From: Parcubacteria group bacterium GW2011_GWA2_37_10
Lineage (GTDB): Bacteria; Patescibacteriota; Minisyncoccia; Minisyncoccales; Staskawiczbacteraceae
NCBI GenBank assembly: GCA_000992015.1
Contig: LBSQ01000019.1
Location: 1-33,701 of the forward strand
Reading direction: 5' to 3'
Length of the DNA stretch: 33,701 bases
This document shows, in pieces, positions 22,542 through 30,769 of this stretch. Made by a program: the position numbers and the translations under genes. Below the pieces are notes generated by a model. The model searched no databases. It saw nothing but the letters and a program-made list of their open reading frames with translations, and had not been told where the DNA came from. Each line of letters opens with the position of its first letter. Position 1 is the stretch's first letter.

Positions 22542-24908
22542 ATGGCAAACGAAAGAATAACAGAAAACATTGTTCGTAAAAAATTAGAAGCAACTGGAAT
22601 TACAGATATTAATGGTTTTTTGATTGAGGAACAAAAAAGCCAAAATCCAGTTATAGAAAAATTATTGAAAAAGGCGAGTAAGTCTGGGAACGGAGCAGGG
22701 AAGCCAGAGTTTATAATTTCTCAAAATAATAATAGAGATTTCTTGTTAGTTATTGAATGTAAGGCCGACTTTAAAAAACATATTTCATCGACAAAGGATC
22801 AATATAAGGATTATGCTGTTGACGGCGTACTATTATATGCATCCCATTTAGCGCAAGAATACAATATAATCGCGATTGCAGTAAGCGGACAAACGAAAAA
22901 TGAATTAAAAATTAGCACATTCATTTTTCCAAAGGGTTTTGGTGCATATTCAATTCTTACCGATACACGAAAAATTCTAATTGATGATATTATTTCTTGG
23001 CAAGATTATATTCGTTTTGCTACTTATGATGAAAGTTTGGCAAAGTCGCGAAAAAGTGACTTAAATAAATTTTCCCGCGATCTTCACGATTATATCCGCG
23101 ACTATGGAAAGATTACTGAAGCTCAAAAACCTTTGCTTGTAAGCGGCATACTTTTGGCTTTGATGGAAAAAGGATTTAAGGTCGCATATCCGAAATACGA
23201 GGAAGCCGAACTCGCGAAAAAAACTTTTCAGGCGGTAAAAGATATTATTGGCATGGCGAAACTTGGCGTTAATCAAGAAAGAAAAAAGAATGCTATTATA
23301 AATGCTTTTCGTTTTATCGAAGACCACCCCGAGCTTCAAAAGATTGACAGAAAAAAAAATGAATCGCCACTTGCGCATATTGTAAGGGAGATTGACAATG
23401 AAGTTAGGCCGTTTACACAAGATCATTATGATTATGATATAATCGGAAATTTTTACGGAGAATTTATCCGTTATACCGGCGGAGATGCACAGGGTCTTGG
23501 CATTGTTCTCACCCCAAAGCATATCACAGAAATTTTTGCAGATTTGGCAAAACTTAATAAAAATTCGATAGTACTAGATACATGTTGCGGTACGGGTGGT
23601 TTCCTGATTTCTGCAATGAAAAAAATGACTGCCGGCGCAAGTGAAATTGAGAGATTAAAAATTTTGGAAAATTCTTTGATAGGGGTTGAGCAAGAGCCAT
23701 CAATGTTTGCGTTGGCTGTTTCAAATATGATTTTGCGTGGAGACGGTAAAACTAATCTTTATCAGGGGTCATGTTTCGATGACGAGATTTTTAATCAAAT
23801 TAAAAATAAGGCAACAGCCGGTTTTATCAATCCGCCATATTCGCAGAAAGGCGAAAATCTTCACGAATGGAATTTTGTTATTCAACTTTTAAATGCTTTA
23901 CAAAAAAATGCGACGGGAATTATTATTGTGCCAATGTCGCTCGCAATTGCTCCGCATCCGCTCCGCGAACAAATTTTAAGAGAACATCGTCTTGAAGCGG
24001 TGATGAGCATGCCGAACGATTTATTTTATCCGGTCGGTATGGTTTCTTGCATTATGGTTTTTACCGCTCATGTTCCCCACGATAGTGACCCGCATCACGA
24101 AAGCTGGTTTGGTTATTGGAAAGATGATGGATTTAGAAAAGATAAAACGCAAGGAAGAATTTTAACAGAAAAGTGGTCGAAAGTTCGCAGGGAATGGATT
24201 GTTAATTTTACTAATAAAAAAATTACGCCGGGAGTCAGTATAAGAAAAAAAATAGGCATGAATAATGAATGGTGCGCAGAGGCATATCTTGAAACAGATT
24301 TTCATAATCTTAACGAAATTGATTTTATTAAAAATACGGTTAATTTAGCGTCTTTTTTATTCAAAAATGGAAAGAGTGAAATGGCAGAATTTTTGTTAAA
24401 AAATAAAAACTCAAACAAAAAAATGTCATTGGATATAAAAAAGTGGAAATGGTTTAATTTGGGCAATTTATTTACTTTCGAAAAGGGCGAGCGATTGACA
24501 AAATTAGATAGAATAAGTGGTGATATTCCGCTTATAACTGCTAGTGAAAACAATAATGGAATAGCGGGATTTATTTCTTTGGAAAATTTTGAAAATAAGA
24601 AAAAAATATTTGAAAATAAAATAACAATTGATATGTTTTTCAATGTTTTTTACCATGATTATAAATATTTTAGCGACGATAATATACACACTCTTATTCC
24701 GATTAAATTTGAATTAAATAAGTATAATGCTTTATTTTTAGTGACAGTATTAAGTAAATTAAAATATAAATATGCCTATGGCAGGCAGGTGAGATTGATG
24801 AGATTGCCTTTCGAAAAAATTAAACTTCCCGTTGATAAAAAAGGAAATCCCGATTGGCAATTTATGGAAAATTATATTAAATCGTTGCCTTATTCAGCTT
24901 CTTTATGA
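22542..24908 (+). CDS. single-chain restriction-modification enzyme (HSDR_N-type PD-ExK nuclease + gamma-class N6-adenine methylase + one HsdS-type TRD; Type IIG-like)
   Basis: N-terminal KPEF...DFLLVIECK nuclease motif. Motif I is VLDTCCGTGGFL and motif IV is FINPPYS. The C-terminal segment LGNLFTFEKGERL...GDIPLITASENNNG resembles a Type I specificity domain. Confidence 0.85.
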   Translation: MANERITENIVRKKLEATGITDINGFLIEEQKSQNPVIEKLLKKASKSGNGAGKPEFIISQNNNRDFLLVIECKADFKKHISSTKDQYKDYAVDGVLLYASHLAQEYNIIAIAVSGQTKNELKISTFIFPKGFGAYSILTDTRKILIDDIISWQDYIRFATYDESLAKSRKSDLNKFSRDLHDYIRDYGKITEAQKPLLVSGILLALMEKGFKVAYPKYEEAELAKKTFQAVKDIIGMAKLGVNQERKKNAIINAFRFIEDHPELQKIDRKKNESPLAHIVREIDNEVRPFTQDHYDYDIIGNFYGEFIRYTGGDAQGLGIVLTPKHITEIFADLAKLNKNSIVLDTCCGTGGFLISAMKKMTAGASEIERLKILENSLIGVEQEPSMFALAVSNMILRGDGKTNLYQGSCFDDEIFNQIKNKATAGFINPPYSQKGENLHEWNFVIQLLNALQKNATGIIIVPMSLAIAPHPLREQILREHRLEAVMSMPNDLFYPVGMVSCIMVFTAHVPHDSDPHHESWFGYWKDDGFRKDKTQGRILTEKWSKVRREWIVNFTNKKITPGVSIRKKIGMNNEWCAEAYLETDFHNLNEIDFIKNTVNLASFLFKNGKSEMAEFLLKNKNSNKKMSLDIKKWKWFNLGNLFTFEKGERLTKLDRISGDIPLITASENNNGIAGFISLENFENKKKIFENKITIDMFFNVFYHDYKYFSDDNIHTLIPIKFELNKYNALFLVTVLSKLKYKYAYGRQVRLMRLPFEKIKLPVDKKGNPDWQFMENYIKSLPYSASL

Positions 24909-24937
24909 TTAAATTTGAAAAAGTAACAAAAATTTAT
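24905..24937 (+). repeat. upstream copy of a 33-nt direct repeat (duplicated ftsE 5' end)
   Basis: ATGATTAAATTTGAAAAAGTAACAAAAATTTAT matches ATGATTAAGTTTGAAAAAGTAACAAAAATATAT at 26607-26639 in 31 of 33 positions. It encodes the remnant MIKFEKVTKIYE*. Confidence 0.9.
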
Positions 24938-25481
24938 GAATAACTATGAAGAATTTTTAGAGAGGTTCAAGCTATTGGCAAGCAAAAACCAAAATATTGT
25001 GATAAATACTTTATCTAATATTTTTACTATGCGATTGATTGGGAATAAAACGCACGGCGATTTAGCAGAAATTGGCATTGCTGAGTTTATCAAACAATTT
25101 ATGTATGATTATGACAGTATTCATGTTGGTAAGGATTTGTTTAGAGCGAAAGAACACGAAGAATATATTATGATTATTAATGAAATTACAAAAGAAAAAT
25201 TTCCGATAAGTTTGAAGGCTTATGGAAATGGGCCTCTCCAATGCGAAGTAAGATACGGTGGGGCTCCAGCAAACGCCCTGCAAAGAGGTCTTTGGACACA
25301 CACAAAAAATGCTGTTTCTTATTTTGATTCTTTAACCAATGGTTGGATAAAATATTCTCATAATAAAACATTGGTAAAATTGTTTAGTTTAGCATTAAAC
25401 AGCACAGAGGATGGTCATAAATCAGCAAATGAAATTTTGCAAAAAGATATTGATAAATTAAAAAACAATTTCAATCAATGA
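24936..25481 (+). CDS. putative Type II restriction endonuclease (partner of the downstream methylase)
   Basis: A 181-aa ORF overlapping the MTase start by 4 nt (ATGA). No family recognised, so the assignment rests on context only. Confidence 0.45.
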   Translation: MNNYEEFLERFKLLASKNQNIVINTLSNIFTMRLIGNKTHGDLAEIGIAEFIKQFMYDYDSIHVGKDLFRAKEHEEYIMIINEITKEKFPISLKAYGNGPLQCEVRYGGAPANALQRGLWTHTKNAVSYFDSLTNGWIKYSHNKTLVKLFSLALNSTEDGHKSANEILQKDIDKLKNNFNQ

Positions 25482-26614
25482 TTAACCAGCAAATAGGTCA
25501 ACAATTAGATATTTATGGCAAGACATTTTTAGCAACCCCAAAAACAGAGGGGATAAAATATGCCGGCTCGAAACTTAAAATTTTACCATACATCGTAGAG
25601 ATTCTAAATGAATTGTGCGAAGTAGAAAATGTATTAGACGGATTTAGCGGCTCTACGAGAGTTTCTCAGGCATTTGCAAAATTGGGATATAATACAACAT
25701 CAAGCGATATTTCCGTTTGGTCTGAAGTTTTCGCTAATTGTTATTTGCTGTCAGGAAAACAGGATAAATTTTATCAAGAGATTATAAATAATTTGAACAA
25801 CTTAAAAGGTTGCGCTGGTTGGTATACAGAAAATTACGGAGCAAAAGACGCGAAAAAGAAGAGACCGTTTCAAGAAAAAAATACTAAAAAGCTTGACGCA
25901 ATTCGCGATGAAATTGAAAAATTAAATTTAGATTGGGTTGATAAATCTGTTATTTTAACAAGTTTAATTTACGCGCTAGATTCCGTTGATAGCACACTTG
26001 GGCATTATGTATCTTATTTATCAAAATGGTCACGTCGTTCTTATAAAGATTTATTTTTAAAATTGCCAAAACGTTTTGAGAACGGAGGAGAAAATAAGGT
26101 CATTCGCGGGGATATTTTTGGCACAATATCAAAAAATAAATTTGATTTTGTTTATTTAGATCCGCCCTATGGTTCAAACAACGAAAAAATGCCGCCAAGC
26201 AGAGTTCGCTATGCCTCATATTACCATATTTGGACAACAATTATAAAAAACGATAAACCTAAGATTTTTGGCGCCGCAAACCGCAGAGAAGATAGCAGGG
26301 ATCTGGTTTCTGGTTCTATTTTTGAGGAATTTAGAAAAGATAAGGATGGGAATTTTATCGCCATGCAGGCGCTAAAAAAGTTAATTCAACAAACGAATTC
26401 AAAATACATTTTATTATCTTATAGTTCCGGAGGCAGAGTTACCAAACAGGAATTAAATAATATAATAAACGAATCTGGAAAACTGTTAAAATTAGTCGAA
26501 ATTGATTACAAAAAAAATGTGATGGCGAATATGAGCTGGACAAACAAATGGATAAATGATAATGGAAACCACCGCGAATTCCTGTTTTTAATGGAAAAGA
26601 AAAATAATGATTAA
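25478..26614 (+). CDS. D12-class (Dam-like, alpha) N6-adenine DNA methyltransferase
   Basis: N-terminal KYAGSK motif, FSGS motif I, and motif IV FVYLDPPYG. Confidence 0.88.
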   Translation: MINQQIGQQLDIYGKTFLATPKTEGIKYAGSKLKILPYIVEILNELCEVENVLDGFSGSTRVSQAFAKLGYNTTSSDISVWSEVFANCYLLSGKQDKFYQEIINNLNNLKGCAGWYTENYGAKDAKKKRPFQEKNTKKLDAIRDEIEKLNLDWVDKSVILTSLIYALDSVDSTLGHYVSYLSKWSRRSYKDLFLKLPKRFENGGENKVIRGDIFGTISKNKFDFVYLDPPYGSNNEKMPPSRVRYASYYHIWTTIIKNDKPKIFGAANRREDSRDLVSGSIFEEFRKDKDGNFIAMQALKKLIQQTNSKYILLSYSSGGRVTKQELNNIINESGKLLKLVEIDYKKNVMANMSWTNKWINDNGNHREFLFLMEKKNND

Positions 26615-26639
26615 GTTTGAAAAAGTAACAAAAATATAT
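26607..26639 (+). repeat. downstream copy of the 33-nt direct repeat (authentic ftsE start)
   Basis: See 24905-24937. Confidence 0.9.
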
Positions 26640-27305
26640 CCCGCCCATTTTTCAAATGGGTCCCCGACAGCTGTTTTGCAGGATGTTTCTTTTGAAATAA
26701 AAGAAGGCGAGTTTGTTTCTATTGTGGGAAAATCCGGAGCCGGCAAAACAACGTTAACCAGGATGATTTTGGGTTTGGAGGATCCGACCCACGGAGACGT
26801 TTTTTTTAAAAATAAAAATTTGCGCACCGCGGATTCATTTGAAATTCAAAATATAAGAAGAAGCATAGGTTGCATTTATCAGGATTATAAACTTCTGCCG
26901 GCAAAAACAGTTTATGAAAATGTTGCTTATATAATGGAAGTTGAGGGCAAGGGATACGGCAAAATTGAAAAAGAAGTTCCCAGAGTTTTAGAACTTATCG
27001 GACTGGAGGACAAAATGGAAAATTTTCCGAAAGAACTTTCCGGCGGAGAACAGCAAAGGCTGGCGATTGCCAGGGCATTGGTTAACAATCCAAAAGTTAT
27101 AATAGCCGACGAGCCCACTGGCAACCTTGACCCGTATAATAGCTACGAAGTGATTTATATGCTGGAAAAAATTAACAAGGCGGGCGCTACTGTAATTTTA
27201 TTGACGCATGACAGGGAAATAGTGAACAAATTAGGCAAAAGAGTAGTCACTTTAGTCGGAGGGAGAATTATCAGAGACGAGGCGGAAGGAAAATTTATGT
27301 TATAA
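26607..27305 (+). CDS. ftsE: cell-division ABC transporter ATP-binding protein FtsE
   Basis: Walker A GKSGAGKTT, signature LSGGEQQR, Walker B IIADEPTGNLD. It is followed by ftsX. Confidence 0.93.
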   Translation: MIKFEKVTKIYPAHFSNGSPTAVLQDVSFEIKEGEFVSIVGKSGAGKTTLTRMILGLEDPTHGDVFFKNKNLRTADSFEIQNIRRSIGCIYQDYKLLPAKTVYENVAYIMEVEGKGYGKIEKEVPRVLELIGLEDKMENFPKELSGGEQQRLAIARALVNNPKVIIADEPTGNLDPYNSYEVIYMLEKINKAGATVILLTHDREIVNKLGKRVVTLVGGRIIRDEAEGKFML

Positions 27306-27331
27306 AAAGTTTAAAATTATTTTTTAAGAAT

Positions 27332-28246
27332 ATGGTTACCAATTTTAGCAGAATTTTTAAATTTGCCGTAAATGATTTCAGCAGAAACAAAGGCATTTCC
27401 CTTGCCGCAATTTTTGTTTTGGTTGTTACTATTATGCTGGTTACCTGGCTTTTCTTTTTTCACGGAATTTCAAAATTTTTAATTTCACAGGTGCAGGACA
27501 GAATTGACATTACAGCCTATTTTAAGGACGATGCGCAAGAGCAGGATATTTTAGGTGTTAAAGAAGAAATTTTAAAATTATCTCCGGATATAAAAGCCGT
27601 TGAATATGTTTCAAAGGAACGGGCAATGTTGGCTTTTAATGAAAAGCATAAAGATAATGCGGTTCTCGCGAAAGCTTTAGAAGAAGTGGGCACTAATCCT
27701 TTTTTGCCATCTTTAAACATTACAACCAACGGAGACCCAGTCCAATTCGCAGAGGTTTCAAATGTTTTACAGACAGCCAATTTCAGCAAGTTCATAGATA
27801 AGGTTGACTTTTCGCAAAAAAAGGATACAATTGAAAAAGTTTTTTCCATAACATCAAATATCAATACTTTCGGCCTTATTTTGGGAATTATACTTGTTAT
27901 CTTGGCGATATTAGTTGTTTTTAACACCATAAAACTTGCGGTTGATAGCTCAAAAGACGAAATCAGCACAATGCGAATTGTCGGAGCGACTGACTGGTTT
28001 ATAAGAGGCCCGTTTATAATTCAGGGCGCCATTTACGGTTTTATAGCTTTTGTGATTTGTTTTTTAATTTCCGCTGTTTCTGCTTATTTTTTGTCTCCAA
28101 AAATCAGCGCCGTTTTACCGGGCTTTAACACTTTTGATTATTTTTTATCCAATATCTGGATTTTGGTTTTAATACAGTTGGCTTTTGGAGCGGGCGTAGG
28201 CATAATTTCAAGTTTTATCGTGGTGAGAAAATATTTGGACGTTTAG
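27332..28246 (+). CDS. ftsX: cell-division permease-like protein FtsX
   Basis: N-terminal TM helix, an extracytoplasmic domain, and three C-terminal TM helices containing the MRIVGAT motif. Adjacent to ftsE. Confidence 0.9.
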   Translation: MVTNFSRIFKFAVNDFSRNKGISLAAIFVLVVTIMLVTWLFFFHGISKFLISQVQDRIDITAYFKDDAQEQDILGVKEEILKLSPDIKAVEYVSKERAMLAFNEKHKDNAVLAKALEEVGTNPFLPSLNITTNGDPVQFAEVSNVLQTANFSKFIDKVDFSQKKDTIEKVFSITSNINTFGLILGIILVILAILVVFNTIKLAVDSSKDEISTMRIVGATDWFIRGPFIIQGAIYGFIAFVICFLISAVSAYFLSPKISAVLPGFNTFDYFLSNIWILVLIQLAFGAGVGIISSFIVVRKYLDV

Positions 28247-28250
28247 TTAA

Positions 28251-28321
28251 TCCGGGATCTGCTAATGGTAGGCAACATCCCTCTGAAGGATGGAATCTTG
28301 GTTCGAATCCAAGTCCCGGAA
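28251..28321 (+). tRNA. tRNA-Gln (anticodon CTG)
   Basis: Hand-folded cloverleaf with a U1:A72 acceptor (TCCGGGA/TCCCGGA), which is characteristic of bacterial tRNA-Gln. The anticodon loop is CT-CTG-AA and the T arm is CTTGG-TTCGAAT-CCAAG. Confidence 0.9.
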
Positions 28322-28459
28322 CACGCTTATGCTAAGTCAAGTTATAACATTAAGTCAACGTTAGAACTGTGGATAAATAATATGAATATGCTATAATGGG
28401 CTTGATGAGGGTTACAGGATATAATATTATAAAAAAATTAAAGTAAAAGAACAGAAAGG

Positions 28460-28527
28460 GTAATCCTTCGTCCCTCGCCTACGGGCTCGGGATGATTTAT
28501 TCACTTCGTTCATAAATCATATGGCAA
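28460..28527 (+). repeat. 68-nt two-hairpin leader, copy 1 (ends at the ATG of the small basic ORF)
   Basis: 66 of 68 nt are identical to 28624-28691. It contains a GC-rich hairpin (TCCC..GCC-TACG-GGC..GGGA). It also contains the inverted repeat ATGATTTAT-N11-ATAAATCAT, which abuts the ATG. Confidence 0.85.
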
Positions 28528-28604
28528 CATGGGCAAATAAAAAAAGAATGGCAAGAAAGATTAAAAGAAAAAACCGGACTAAATTAAGTAAAAATAAAAG
28601 GTAA
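28521..28604 (+). CDS. possible 27-aa highly basic peptide (bS22-like composition; speculative)
   Basis: MATWANKKRMARKIKRKNRTKLSKNKR. Its ATG sits at the same position in the duplicated leader as the response-regulator ATG. Confidence 0.4.
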   Translation: MATWANKKRMARKIKRKNRTKLSKNKR

Positions 28605-28623
28605 TTATGAAAATAAAAAATAA

Positions 28624-28691
28624 GTAATCCTTCGTCCCTCGCCTACGGGCTCGGGATGATTTATTCACTGTGTTCATAAATCATATGGCAA
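28624..28691 (+). repeat. 68-nt two-hairpin leader, copy 2 (ends at the ATG of the response regulator)
   Basis: See 28460-28527. The only differences are TC versus GT in the loop of the second hairpin. Confidence 0.85.
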
Positions 28692-29065
28692 ACATAAATA
28701 AAAAAATTTTAATTGTGGAAGACGATAAAAATTTCCTTTGGATTCTAAAACAAAGCTTTATAAGCGAAGGGTTTGCTGTTGTTACTGCCGATGACGGTGA
28801 AAAAGGATTAGAGTCAGCTACAAGTGAAAAACCGGATTTAATTCTTTTGGATATTTTAATGCCAAAAATGGACGGAATAGCCGTGGCGAAGAGATTAAAA
28901 GAAATTGGTAATAAAGCGCAGATTATGTTTTTAACCAATCTTAAGGACGTACAGCACATCAGCGAGGCTGTGGATACTGTAAAGGAAACCGATTATATTA
29001 TAAAATCTGATTTTCATATTGACGCGATTGTGGCAATGGTAAAAACCAGGCTGGGGATAAAATAA
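28685..29065 (+). CDS. single-domain response regulator (CheY-like receiver)
   Basis: KILIVEDD...DLILLDILMP.MDG...K receiver motifs and no output domain. ATG 28685 is preferred over the tracked GTG 28670 because of the leader duplication. Confidence 0.88.
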   Translation: MANINKKILIVEDDKNFLWILKQSFISEGFAVVTADDGEKGLESATSEKPDLILLDILMPKMDGIAVAKRLKEIGNKAQIMFLTNLKDVQHISEAVDTVKETDYIIKSDFHIDAIVAMVKTRLGIK

Positions 29066-30262
29066 CTAGTATTTTCTAATCAAGAGATGAGCCCGAAATG
29101 GAGGAAATGTAAGCGGTCGGAAATTGAAGTTTTTGATTGTTAAATTTTTTAAATAATTTTTGTTTACCTTTTTCAATTTATCGTAAGCCGTCATATATGT
29201 TTTGTAGACTTTTCTTAGCTTGCCTTTTTTCTTCTTATCTTCGACAATCGCAGCAAAGGCGCAAGGGCGATGGAAGTTCAAATAGTGACTGAAAAACGAT
29301 CTGTAAAATTGATTTATCATCGGAGCGTATTCTGATTTTATGTAAGCATATCCAATGTGTTTGCGTATTACCCAGCCGTTTTTCCCCTCAACTAATCCGT
29401 TGTCGTTGGAATGCCGGGCTCTGGATTTTGTTTGAGAAACCAATAATTTGTTCAACAACTTAGATGTGATTTTGTTAATATATTCTGAACCGTTATCTGA
29501 ATGAAAATTCAAAATCACAAACGGAAACTGCGATATTAAATTCTCTAACATCGGCTCAAGGTAAAACTCGGATATCTTTTCAACGCAACCGACTATTTCG
29601 AACTGCGTGACTTCGTCGACGATATTGATGTGGTAAGGTCCTTTTTCTGAATTAAAATCCCCTTGGTGAACCGAATCTATCCTTAGAAATCCCGGGCGGC
29701 CTTCCGGTTCTGGCCTTCTCCGCTCTCCGATTTTACAGCCAACAGGGTTTGTCTTTTTAAAAGTCAAAGAATGCGAAACATATTGCCTCGTTGTCCTTAA
29801 ATTGTAAATGTGAGACGCAGAGATTTTACTGATGTTCCGGTAGATTTCTTTTTTAAAAACCTCGCATTCTCTTTTTAGAATTGTCTTGGTCGCGCATCCT
29901 GACATTCTTAAATGCAGATTATCTGTTTTAATCAAAAGAGCGATGTCTTCTGGTTTGTAAATCTTTTCAAACTTGTGACGACCCGAGTTGTTTGCGACAA
30001 TCTTGCCGACTTTTTTTTTCTTGTTGACTAACCTTGTCAGCTGGGCGTCGGAAATCCCGGCCATCTGCATTATGTATTTTCTAACGATGGTCTTGTCTTT
30101 TTTTCTTAATCTAAAATATTTAAACCTCAGAAGTATTTCATTTATCCAATCGTATTTTTCTTTTCTTGATGTTGTTTTAAAATCAAACCCTTTGCTTATC
30201 TTTAAAAACTCTTTAATTTGTGCGATGCTAACTATGTGTGAGTCGTTCATTTTGATGGTCAT
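29066..30262 (-). CDS. DDE (rve/integrase-core) transposase
   Basis: Catalytic triad context: RIDSVHQGD, FHSDNGSEYIN, and RHSNDNGLVEGKNG about 35 aa later. Confidence 0.85.
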   Translation of the reverse strand: MTIKMNDSHIVSIAQIKEFLKISKGFDFKTTSRKEKYDWINEILLRFKYFRLRKKDKTIVRKYIMQMAGISDAQLTRLVNKKKKVGKIVANNSGRHKFEKIYKPEDIALLIKTDNLHLRMSGCATKTILKRECEVFKKEIYRNISKISASHIYNLRTTRQYVSHSLTFKKTNPVGCKIGERRRPEPEGRPGFLRIDSVHQGDFNSEKGPYHINIVDEVTQFEIVGCVEKISEFYLEPMLENLISQFPFVILNFHSDNGSEYINKITSKLLNKLLVSQTKSRARHSNDNGLVEGKNGWVIRKHIGYAYIKSEYAPMINQFYRSFFSHYLNFHRPCAFAAIVEDKKKKGKLRKVYKTYMTAYDKLKKVNKNYLKNLTIKNFNFRPLTFPPFRAHLLIRKY

Positions 30263-30364
30263 ACTTCAATTATGACGGCTCACATTCGTCGCGCAAGGGG
30301 TCCTAATTTCGGGCTCCTTTTGCGTTGGAAACAACTTTCATTTGGGGCTCATCTTGTATTGTAC
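29075..30364 (-). mobile_element. insertion sequence of about 1.3 kb with imperfect terminal inverted repeats (exact ends uncertain)
   Basis: AGATGAGCCCGAAATG (29085-29100) matches the reverse complement of CATTTGGGGCTCATCT (30339-30354) in 15 of 16 positions. An extra subterminal copy, GAGCCCGAAAT(TAGGA), is seen as TCCTAATTTCGGGCTC at 30301-30316. Confidence 0.6.
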
Positions 30365-30390
30365 AATACTATTTAAAAAAATGGCAAAAA

Positions 30391-30516
30391 ATGGAAAAAG
30401 AAAAATTTGAAATTGGCGAGGCGCTAAAAGCAATTATATCTGGCGAGATAGAACTAAAAGAAGGCAGGACAATATCTTCCAGGGAATTTTTAAAGAAATA
30501 TGCCGAAAATAAATAA
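30391..30516 (+). CDS. putative antitoxin (41 aa)
   Basis: A small ORF overlapping the toxin start by 17 nt. ATG 30391 is preferred because the tracked TTG 30325 lies inside the IS end. Confidence 0.45.
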   Translation: MEKEKFEIGEALKAIISGEIELKEGRTISSREFLKKYAENK

Positions 30517-30769
30517 GGCTTATACTACATCAAATTTTAGAAAAAAATTTGATAATCTCTCAAAAGAAGTCCAAAAAATTACTGTAAGCAAAATAATTAT
30601 TTTTGAAAATAATTTTCTTCATCCTGGGTTGAATGTTCATAATCTCAAAGGAAAGTTTTCCGCCTTTTGGGCTTTTTATGTCACAAAAAATTACAGAATT
30701 CTTTTTAGATTTTTAAAAGCAAACGAGGTTATTTATTACGATATTGATACTCACGATATTTACAAATAA
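30500..30769 (+). CDS. RelE/ParE-superfamily toxin
   Basis: 89 aa with the pattern H.LKGK....W...V..NYRILF.......I....I..H. It is paired with a small upstream ORF. Confidence 0.75.
   Translation: MPKINKAYTTSNFRKKFDNLSKEVQKITVSKIIIFENNFLHPGLNVHNLKGKFSAFWAFYVTKNYRILFRFLKANEVIYYDIDTHDIYK

Noticed and set aside
28670-28684. GTG start at 28670 for the response regulator (MFINH...).
   Set aside because: It falls inside the second leader hairpin. The ATG at 28685 corresponds to the start used after leader copy 1 and gives a canonical receiver N-terminus.
30325-30390. TTG-started N-terminal extension of the antitoxin ORF (METTFIWGSSCIVQYYLKKWQK).
   Set aside because: The extension lies within the IS terminal inverted repeat. 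The internal ATG at 30391 gives a typical small antitoxin.
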